A stretch of DNA of 58,545 nucleotides, counting the filler, from Asterionella formosa (lineage: Eukaryota), in assembly GCA_002256025.1 (NCBI GenBank). It is 8 parts of 8 records of this genome, joined end to end, with 100 filler letters (N's around TTAATTAATTAA, not from the genome) between each part and the next. Parts side by side here need not be neighbours in the genome. Positions count along the whole stretch, not along the records: positions 44,006 to 51,226 come from NKIB01012499.1; positions 51,327 to 58,545 come from NKIB01012500.1; 6 more parts are not named here. One strand, 5' to 3'. The translations under genes and the position numbers were made by a program. The first letter of the stretch is position 1. Each line of letters opens with the position of its first letter. Positions 48,251-58,545 of this stretch are shown in pieces. The notes under the pieces were generated by a model. The model was given only the letters and a program-made list of their open reading frames with translations. It was not told the origin of the DNA and made no database searches.

Positions 48251-51226
48251 TGAAGATCGATAGTACAGTAGCATACAAAGGCCTCAGTATAAAGTTTATC
48301 TTGTGTTTAGCCCATAATCAAAAGTGAAATTTTGTGATGCACACACAAAATTGATAAATATATATATATATATATGTGTTTCTCAGCTCATTTCTCCGCA
48401 AAAGGCATGCAACATTGATCTGATGTTGTCGTTCATGTTTGTTGAATTTTTTGCATGCTTCTTGTTTGCTTCGTTGGTTTTTTGTTTGCTGTTAGTACTA
48501 GATAATGAAACATATGTTGTCTTGAAGAAATTTGTGTCGAAATCGAGGAAACAGCGGCGTGTTTTGAATTGTTTGACAAGCTTGTCAATGCTGATACGGT
48601 CAACTTCGGTGTCCATCCCGTCATTTTATTGTTTGTCAATATCTTTCCAAATCTTGAAGTATGCACATATTTATTGTCTTGCTTGCTCGCCAAGAAAAAA
48701 TGTCGTATCCTTTTTGTTGTTCAACACTTTGTCCCTTGGCATGCTCTCTTGTACCGCAGCATTGAAGTTCTCTTTCCCCTTTTCTCTTCTCAGGGCAACC
48801 TAACAGTAAAAATTATTGGCATAACCCTAGAATAATCGATTCCCTCTCCTGCAAGCAAGTTCAGTGAAATTTTCGTGTTCAGTCAACAACAAGTACTCCC
48901 ATTTCCTTTCCAATTGACTGCAATGATTTTGTCTCCTCTTCCTTAAAATTAAGACAGTTTCCTTTCAACGACTTCAAAGACAATTATTTCTGGAAAACTC
49001 TAAATTCATTCTGCTTTCCATGTAGCTCTACAATCTCAATTCTTCAATAAACCCACACTCCGCCCCAAAGCAATTGCAACAGACCCTTTGGTTTAATTCG
49101 CCATCCTTCAATAACTTTTTGTTTTAATCGCTTCAATTGGTAAGTTGTGTTCTTGCGACTTTGATTGCATTGCTTGCTTCTTGACCTTTGATCCATGTGT
49201 GGTTTGAATTTGTTTCAGTTTTCACTTGTACTGCCTCCTCAGAGTCCAACAAGTCAAGTGCAACAATAGCAGCCACTCTGCTCCTCTTTGTACCCCTCAA
49301 CAGGTTCATTGAATTTCAAATGGAAAAGTGCTGGTAGGTCCTTTTCATGTATATATTTCGAAAGCTTCTTGATGGAAAGGATATCCATGTTTTCTTTGGC
49401 AGATTGTTGAATACTCATGCAGATTTCAGGGTTGGCGTGGTGGAAGGAGGGTGATATTTCTTTTGAGTTTATGATCACTTGGCTGGAGCTTGTGGTACCA
49501 CTTGGAGACAATGTATGCATGTTTGGCAAGTGTGAGAACAGTGCAAAAATGTTCCCAGGTCCAGATATTCATGTTATCTTTTGCAATTTGGAGTGAGTGA
49601 GTAATGTATTAGCAATTTTGGTGGATGTTCCTCCTGTGATGATGGGTGATGTCGTCTCCTTGTTTGTTAAGGTTGAGATTCTGAATCAAGAATGGGAGGT
49701 ATTCAGAGCTGGATTTATTTGCTTAACTGAAGATTTAAATTCTTTTGTGATTGCATGAAGGGTGGATTCCTATGGTAGAGGGTTGAAGATTTTCTTGGCT
49801 TCATGGGAGTCCAATTATGTTGTTTTTGTTGCTGGATGTTGTTGTGGCTGCTGAGAGTATTGGATGGTTGCAGGAGGAACAATGACTGAAATCATGACTT
49901 CTTGCTCTAGCTGAATATCATTGCTCAGTAATTGGGACAATGAATCAGCAGCTGGTTCTGATGAAACATCAGTCCCCCCTTTAGCATTACAAATTTACTT
50001 GCACTAGTAGTAATTGCTTCTTTTCCTTTCCCTTTTTGTTCTTCCCTTGTCCTTCTTCTCCTTGGCCTTGAATTCAATTCTTCTCCTACTAGACTAGTCA
50101 TAGCAGTGTAACTGTTGGAATCAAAACTATTGCATAGAGAAACTTCTTTCTCCATATTCGAGGTGAATTACTACTTCCACTAGATCATATCACATGACCA
50201 TCATGACCCTGACTTCCACTTCTTAGCAGCCTCTTCAATGGAAAACATTTATCTTCCCATTCAAATAATATACATATGCAGGAAACTTAGGAACTGCTGA
50301 TGAGTCTTTCCTGTAATATTAACAAGTTACTGCCTACTTTCATACTCATGTCGAAATGCCATCACCTTCTTGCCTGTAGAAATCTCGACCTCATTTGCTT
50401 CCAAGGATAGATTCGGAAATACCTTATTGAAATGCCTTATCAATATATTATTATGAAATTTCATATTATCGCCAAGGGAGTACTTTCATGATGATATTCC
50501 CTGAATTGATTGACCAGCAACCAAACACCATGAATGGCAGGCAGGGTTGCTGGTGGCAGCCATAACTGATATTGTTACAACCATTTGATTATCATGTGAA
50601 AAGTGATTCCCCAAAAGGGTTCCGCTCATGGCTAGACAAAAAATCTAAAAGACTTTGGGGAATCACTTTTGCGCAAGTAATCGATGATTGAGCAACATGG
50701 TGAGGTGATATGAGCAAACAAATTGGTGTGATATTCCTTAAACCTATGGAGATAAGGATAATTTTTGGTACCAGTTCTACGTGGGCTTCTATAATTATGA
50801 TTTTGATCCAACGATTGAGCAATGACTGTATCTAAGCATATCGGTATGCAAAGTCAGTCGTATCGGTGAAAGCTAATTTTACCTTAAACTATTTATCTAT
50901 TTCTACGTAATGTGTGGGTTGATTTACATCATAAAAATATTTTGGAAAGAAGCAGACCTCGCAATGTGTAACTGCAGATTAGGCACCGGTATGATAATCA
51001 TGTGGAGTGAATTCGCAAACAAAAAAATCCTCAAAAATGGCAAGCGAAGTGAACGGAACGAATTGATTCTCACAGCTTCCATCTGCTCGTACCTGGTACT
51101 ACCATCCCACAATGGAGCCTTCCGCACGCTTCCCTACACCCGAGAGCGCCCTCCAAGATGCCCTCTCCCATCTCCAAATACGAACCGTTGTACAGGAAAC
51201 TATCCAATCAATGCTTGTAGATGTGG

Positions 51227-51326
51227 NNNNNNNNNNNNNNNNNNNNNNNNNNNNNNNNNNNNNNNNNNNNTTAATTAATTAANNNNNNNNNNNNNNNNNN
51301 NNNNNNNNNNNNNNNNNNNNNNNNNN
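51227..51326. other. Artificial contig spacer
   Basis: N44-TTAATTAATTAA-N44. Confidence 0.98.
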
Positions 51327-52021
51327 ACATATACAATCACTTAAAAATACCGAAGCAGATTTTGAACTTGATGGAAATACCTGGCAGTAATTTGAACAAG
51401 AAACGGAGATATTCACAAGGCGATGACAACTCTACCACTGTTGATTTGGACATATTTGATGCATTAGACACCCAAAATGAAAAAGCAGACAACTGAAAGG
51501 TCAAGACTCATGCAAAGCAATGTTATTATAGGGAACACTTGGCAACAACTTCTCTATGAGGTTAGCACTATAAAATTAATTGAAGAGAAAGCAACAACAA
51601 GCAAACTAGACTAGCACAAAACGATTAAACAGTTAGAATTGACCGAGGAAAGGTTGTTTTTAGATATAACCGGTGATTTAATACCAAAAGTGAATTATCA
51701 AGAAATATTAGCATTATGGCTATTGCTTAGAGGGAAGAACCCACTAATAGAGTTTGCCTCCAAGGAGAAAAGGAGTGTAGAACAGGCTCTACCTTTTGAA
51801 TACGAAATAATTATATTTGTACCAAAAAGCAAGACTAAATCAATGCGAAGCTTTCAAAACTAACGAGCCACTGAATCATAAACCGACATTGTTTTGAGTT
51901 GAACGAAGAAGTCAATGAAAGATTAAAAATTGTGTATTATTCTCATATTATTGTGAAATTCCAAAACTTCTGAATACAATGGAGTATGCCAAAAGTGCCA
52001 TGCCATACGATTACTTCATCC

Positions 52022-55000
52022 TCACCTAATGATCTCTTGTGATTCTTCCTCTCTGCTTTGGGTTTCGAACCTTTCAGAACCAGACACAGAGCTACTTCTT
52101 ATGCTTCCATTACTTGTACTGATCTCATCATTCGACACGCCTTCTAAAATGCTAATCATACTGAGCTGCCTTTTCATCAGGCTGGCCTGTGACTTGACCT
52201 TGCGAAGTGTAGCTACTGTTGGGGTATGTTGTAAATCTGCAAGAATAGGTGTGTCCATGGAACCAAAAACAAAATCGCTGGTACTAGGAAGTGCGCTTCT
52301 GACAGCAGGTGGTGAAAAATATGATGGCTGAGACTTGTCAAGGGCGGACTGAGACTTATCGAGTGTGTCACTGCCACTTTTCAAAGATCCAAAATAGGAT
52401 TCAGAATCACCAGATGAGAGGCGACTCCCGTCTTCACTACGAATGCTAGTCGAAAATGTCCTCCCCGTCATCCAGATGGATCTCTCAGGCTTCAGTCGAA
52501 AGGAATTAGTTCGACTAGGGGCAGCATAGTTGCTTTCAGCGACAGCAGCCCACTGGGCTTTTGCAATATCCGGCGACATCGAGTCCGTGATGCTCGCAAT
52601 AGTTCTTCCCTCACTTATATTTTCCCTTACACTGGTTTCCTCCATTGCTGCTGCCTTCGCCTTTTCTTGCTGAATTCGCTCCTGGATCTGCATCATTTGT
52701 GCTAGTAATATAGCTTCTTTTGATGACATTCGCTGCTCTTCTTCATCCATCATTTCCGCTAAGAGTTGAGCATCTTCGTCCACTCCCAACCCAGTTCTAA
52801 TTGGCCAATGGAAGTCAGTATCCTCCGGAGGAACTGCCGATTTTTCAGTTGAGCGACTACTTGCTGAGCCATCAGAGGCCGAAGCAATCGACAGTTCGTC
52901 ATTCTTGACAAAAGTAGGAGTATCGAATGAGCCTACGTCAGTATCTTCGTCTGATGACGCCATGCCAGAATCCTCGCCAATGCGAGATGTAGCAATGCCC
53001 GCACCAATGCCGATGGCCACAGCATCATCGTGAGCACCTGCAGTTCCGCCAAAATTTTCCATCGCGATTTCTTGTTGCAAAGATTTCTGGTTGTTGAAAC
53101 TAGACTTTGAAACATACAGTTCATGAGGCGTGGGTGGGGCACTGGCTCCCCACATTTCCCCTGCGACCAAAGGTACTGCTGTTGTTACTACATCTGTTTC
53201 AGGCTGCAAACAAATTGCATCTTCGCCCTCGCTGTCACTGTCGCTTTCGCTTTCAAAATAACTTCCGGACTCACCAGATGAGGAAGAATCACTATCGGAG
53301 ACTTCGTCAGACGATGACGACGACTCAATACTACCATCAACAGCATTCGAGACCCCGAGTCCTCCTATAACAGCTGCAGTACCAATCCCGAATGCTACTC
53401 CAGTAGGAACATTATTATTTGTGTCATTTTCGTATCGAGACGGAGGATTTACTGAAGGAGCAATTGCATCATTGCCGACCCGACGGTCGTCTTGAAGAGG
53501 AGCAGGTTCTCCCGGAATTGCCTTGGCTCCGGCTGTTTTAGTTGCAGCAACGCCAGGTTTCGTTGCATCTACAATCCTTTCAGTCTCCATAGGAATTTCT
53601 AGTTCGTCCTCGCTGCTGCTATCAGAATCATTTCCGGACTCACCGGACGACGTAGACTCACTGTCTGCATCTTCTTCCGACGACGAAGACGACATTTTGC
53701 CAACATCCACATTGCGCGCGACACCGCCATCTCCAACTAAAGTAACAGTGCTGACCACCGCAGCAACATCGGTGTCAGCAGGGTTCAAATAGCCAGTCTC
53801 GTCTCGAGATATATCATTTCTTGACGAAACAAAGGTATTGTTGCCGCCCCAGTTATCTTTCTGGAGAGCAGCAGGGTGCGTGGGTGGGGCACTGGGAAGA
53901 AAAATTTCCCCTGCGACCAAAGGTACTGCTGCTGTTACTACATCTGTTTCAGGCTGCAAACAAATTGCATCTTCGCCCTCGCTGTCGCTGTCGCTTTCGC
54001 TTTCAAAATAACTTCCGGACTCAACAGATGAGGAAGAATCACTATCGGAGACTTCGTCAGACGATGACGACGACTCAATGCTACCATCAACAGCATTCGA
54101 GACCCCGAGTCCTCCTATAACAGCTGCAGTACCAATCCCAAATGCTACTCCAGTAGGAACATTATTGTTAGTGTCATTTTCGTATCGAGACGGAGGATTT
54201 ACTGAAGGAGCAATTGCATCATTGCCGACCCGACGGTCGTCTTGAAGAGGAGCAGGTTCTCCCGGAAGTGCCTTGGCACCCCACGCTTTTACCATACCAT
54301 CTGCGTCTGTTTGGCCGTCGATCTTGTTCACATGCGTAATTGATCCCCATGCGTTCAATCGGCTACTTGTGCGCGATTCCGTCAGAGGGACAGAAGAAAT
54401 TTCCCCGATGATGGTATCAGCGTGCAAAGGCGCAACGTTGCATTCTTGGTCAGCACTACTTGAATCGCTTCCGGAAGAACTTTCATCACTGGCTGTCTCA
54501 AAGGACTCTTCGCTTGTAGAGGAGGCATCGCCAATCAATTCTCGATTTATATTCGCAGCAACCGCGAATTGACTATCCAAAACGAATTTGCTCTGTGATG
54601 TCGTGAATCTAGCATGTTTTTGAGCCGGTTCAATCGCCCGAATAACGTTGCTGTCGACCTCACCCGAGGTACTGTCATCACTGGCGGATTCAAAGGATTC
54701 CTGGTCCGATGATGTGACGCTGTGGTCTTCGAAAGTCTCATTGCCTTTGTGTGCAATGGTAGAAGTTCGGGTCTCCGTTGCAGCAACGCCCACGAACGCC
54801 ATCGCAACGTTGTCGGCACCGGTGCCCGAAAGAGAATCATTTGCTTGAGCTTGAAGTTCAGAAGATGTACCGCACGAATCTTGCGGCGGCGCCTCCACCT
54901 TCGATGGCTTCGACTGTATTTCTTGGATTTTGGGCCTTGACATAGTTATAGCTTGTCCTACGAAACCACGACGAGGGTCGGTGTTAGAAGTCAAATACGA

Positions 55001-58000
55001 GTTGCTCCATTTTTCGGGAGGCGTTGATGTGCTCACATGGGCACTGCCGGGGCTGTTCGAGCTTGCAGTTTCATAGCTGGAGACTCCATTTGACGATTCG
55101 GCGAACGAGAGTTCTTCGTCCTTCGCGGGTGCAATCTCAGAAGCAGTTCCACCGGAATCAGCGGCAACTTCTCCTGGAAAGCTATAGTATATGGGCCTAT
55201 CTGAGCGAGGAATCAGGGTAGTCGCCCTTGCACGCATGATTTCATCGTCTTCGTCAAGGGACGTATCCTCATCCCCAGGAGCGTCATTTGCAGACTCGTG
55301 GTCACTGCTATCCTTGGATTCACTACCAGTGGAATCCGCGACTGAAAAGTCCTCAACGTTTTTCCCTCCCACGGCGTTATCTGACACGGAAGAAAAGTTG
55401 AAGGGTTCGGTCACCATGCCGATGTCATTTGTAGCCAGCGTCTCTACCTCTTCGGCAAGCTCAGAATAGGAGGAGTCATTTCCACTCGTATCGCTTGACG
55501 TCTGGGAATCTTGATCACGTATTCGCGCAGCGGCTGCAACCCCAGCACCTACCACGGCTACACCGGCAACAGGGGCACCTGCAATTAGGCCAAACCTGGG
55601 CTTGTTACCTTCCTCGGGAGGGGCTTCAATCCATTGCTCGACCTTCGTTTCCGGATCTAATTTTGACAATGGGGCAGTATGTACGTCCTCGGTATTGGCT
55701 GATAATGCTGATGAGGCCACAACCGGTGTGTACGGTTGAGACGCAAGAGAAATTGAATTAGTACCATCGCTTACACTTTTTGAAAAATCAACAGAAGAAT
55801 CTGGTTCGTTTGACATCGGAGCTGATCTCGGTGGCTGATATTCACTTTGAATCGCTCCAAATCGGTCTCTGTCCTCAGAATCGGATTCGGAAGCCGTTTG
55901 ATTATCATCACTACCTTCTTCGACACTATCGGAATCATCATCGCTGGCAGTTTCGTAAGAGGACGAACTTGTTGAATTGTCGTCGTTATTATCGTTATAT
56001 CGTGCAACAGCAACTCCTGTTGCCCCGGCGATGCCTTTTTGTGGAGTTTGACCCTGTGATTGTGTGGAGGAGATTATGAAACGTTTGTTTTGGTTCTCAA
56101 GTATCGATGCACTTGAAGGATTGGCATTGAATATATCAGGAGATGGACGAGATTGATCTGATTGGAGCACCCCAAATTGTGACGCATGCACCTCTACTGC
56201 ATTATCCTTGTCGTCGTGTGATTCCGAAGAATATTCAGAGCTTGACTCGCTATCGCTTTTGGTGTTGTCCCCAGATGATGACGATTCATCTTCATCAGTC
56301 ATTTCTCGTATAGAATGCGATGTGCCTGTCACTGAAGCAGCATCCATCAGACCGTGGCTTCGATCGCCGTGTAGTGGCGTGAAAGTTACATCGTTTTCCT
56401 CTACAAAATTATCTGATGAATATTTTGGCGGCCCCTCATGATTTGCTGGTCCATATTCCAAGTGTCCATGTGATATTATTTCATTTCCATTTTCCGATGC
56501 ACTATCGGTGGCGTCGCTTTCCTGGGCGCTCCTTGTACTATGAGACTCATCGTCGCTGCTGCCATAATAATTTTCATCATGGAGTGGTTTACGATACGTT
56601 GCTACTGTGCCGCCACTACCAACAGCTGCCCCGGTGGCACCAATGGTAGCAGCGGCTCTGTTGAAATTTGTTTCATAGTCAATTTCCGAACCTGCAACAT
56701 ATTTCGCAGATCCTTTAAAGTCAGTCGCCGCTCGTTTTTGTTTCCTAATTTCAAGTTGCGTTCCTTGATGGATGTATACACTCCCAGCGGATCCTTCGTC
56801 AGGACGACCATATGAATCAAACCCTTGCACATTTTGGGATTGTTGCTCGTAACCCTGATGAGATACATCACCCATTGGCAACAGCAAGTCGCCGCTTTCA
56901 CCTTGTGTCACGCGACACACATATTTTCCATCGTGATCATTTCCTCTAACACGACCTCTTCGACGTACAAAGATACTCAAGACGGCACCAAAGACTACGA
57001 GAGTTCCGAAAGTAATTCCGACAATCGCGCCGGCTCCTAGGTCGTCGCTTGAGCTGAATGGTTCTAGCTCAGTCGGTGCTTGTGTTGCAGCGGGTAGTAA
57101 TGTTTCTCCGGTCAGTATTAAAAGTCTTGAGGATGGATTTACCTGGAGCAAGGCGGTCATTAATGAGCCGTCGTCGATAGCAGTAACAAAGCGGCCTTCC
57201 AAGTTTCGACGAATATTTGGATCCAATCCTCGAGTTTGTAATTCTGCTAAGACCTGCTGGCAAAGATCCGTAGAGGGCCGTCCAATTGGACAATCTGCGG
57301 GCAACATTGTAGGTCATATGAGCATCTACAATTTAATCAAAGTAATGAGAAATACGGTGATATAATTTCAGTACTCACTTGCATCTAGTTGACCTGAAAT
57401 TCTTGCGGAAACATCTTGTTGCTCCAATAGTCTTCTGAGATGCCGTTTCTTGTCTAGACCCAAGAGGTTCCTTCCAAGCTTTGTCATGGCAGAAATTAAA
57501 TCTTCACGGATAGATTCATCGCTCACCTCTTCTGATCTGCCGTTCAGTATACTTATCAAGAAATTCGCTGATAAGATGCTTACTGATAGAGTTGGTATAG
57601 AGGACGTTGCGGGATTAGCCGTTAGCACAATAAGGGGGCTGCTTGATTCACTAGACATAGGTGCGACTGTTAGTTTTAAAATAGGCTCCATCGACGGGCT
57701 ACTCGACAGTATTGATAGAGGCTGTGAATTTGTAGGGGCCTGGCTCGATGGTATTGTCGAAGGGACACCTGAAACAAAGGGATGTTTGAATGGAGCTTGA
57801 GTTGACGGTGCACTTGTTGGATCCGACATCACTGGGTGTACCGTGGTTGGAAATTTCGTCGTTGGTGAGCTCGTTGGATCCCAAGACACTGGCTGAATTG
57901 TTGTTGGGTTCAAGGTTGACGGTGTATTTGTTGGAACCCCCGTGACTGACGGCAATTTGGTTGGCGCCACGGTCATTGGTGCACTCGTTGGAAGCCTAGA

Positions 58001-58545
58001 GACTGGTTGTAATATGGTTGGCTTCAGGGTCGTCGGTGCACTTGTTGCAACATCTGTCACGGGATGTGTGGAAGTAGGCGTCGTGGTGGTCGGTGCCCTC
58101 GTCGGATACTTTGTCAGAGGTGATAACGTGGTTGAAGTTTGGGTTGCGGGTGCCCTCGTTGGAGCCAGTGTCACAGGCGTTTGCGACATCGGTCTCAGCA
58201 TGATGTTGTCGGTAGGGGATAAAGTAGGATTTTCCGACAAAGTTACATTGAACCCGGACAGTCTAATACCTGCTGCCGTCAAGAAACATACACTGTCCAG
58301 ATATTTTGGACTTGATGCTGCCAGTGAAATATCTATGCTCCGATTTTGCCCGATGCAGCAAGCATCTCCTTCACTCGATTGACATAAGCAAGCCAACACG
58401 TTGAACTTAGTCAAAAGCTCTGGGGGTAACTGTCCTCCCACTTGCATTTCTGTCAGCTTTTGCACAAAACCAAAGTATTCGTCTTCATTCAGTTTGCTAT
58501 TACCGTCTATATCTGACGCCAGCATCGTAGTCAGACAACCTTGAT
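52022..58545 (-). CDS. Very large single-pass membrane protein (>2,100 aa, 5'-partial); exons >58545-57379 and 57294-52022
   Basis: EF-hand-like DIDGNSKLNEDE, LACLC..CC, PTxAPT mucin-like stalk, RHLRRL, TM segment AIVGITFGTLVVFGAVLSIFV followed by RRRGR, then a ~1,640-aa S/D/E-rich tail. A phase-1 GTGAG..CAG intron at 57378-57295 joins the two ORFs in frame. Confidence 0.88.
53128..54276. repeat. Near-identical ~400-bp intragenic duplication (53128-53526 and 53878-54276)
   Basis: GAKA.PGEPAPLQDDRR...VPLVAGE...SAPPT appears twice with few substitutions. The offset is 750 bp (250 codons). Confidence 0.93.

Noticed and set aside
52029..58382. Numerous plus-strand ORFs opposite the giant gene (also those opposite 1262-2785, 20589-21482 and 31809-33698)
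   Set aside because: Antisense shadows of real CDSs.
1..58545. Fanzor/TnpB, tRNA, rRNA or viral hallmark genes
   Set aside because: No RuvC-type motifs, cloverleaf, rRNA signature or capsid/polymerase motifs were recognised by eye. Decayed copies could have been missed.

Overview
This is eukaryotic genomic DNA, most likely from a diatom. The evidence is short GT-AG introns with CTCAC-type branch points, CoDi-like Copia elements, a bipartite plastid-type presequence and PTxAPT stalk proteins. The window is not one locus: it is eight unrelated ~7.2 kb contigs joined by artificial 100-nt spacers (N44-TTAATTAATTAA-N44), so adjacency across spacers means nothing. Apparently intact host genes: an ankyrin-repeat protein, an intronless NPPY-motif (N6-adenine/amino) methyltransferase-like protein, a secreted cysteine-rich protein, a probable plastid-targeted orphan and a >2,100-aa type-I membrane protein. 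Most of the rest is decayed transposons: 3-4 Copia LTR elements, 2 PIF/Harbinger elements, Kolobok-like elements, a DIRS/Ngaro-like RT fragment and several MITE families. A pervasive intergenic GGTACC/TACCGGTA palindromic motif runs through most contigs. The best leads are (1) the nuclear-looking N6-MTase-like gene, (2) a Kolobok-like transposon carrying a KolX/P2X7-ballast-like gene with TTAA-GGTTGC ends and subterminal hairpins, and (3) the GGTACC palindrome arrays with an associated ~95-bp MITE. Family assignments come from motif recognition by eye; no searches were run.
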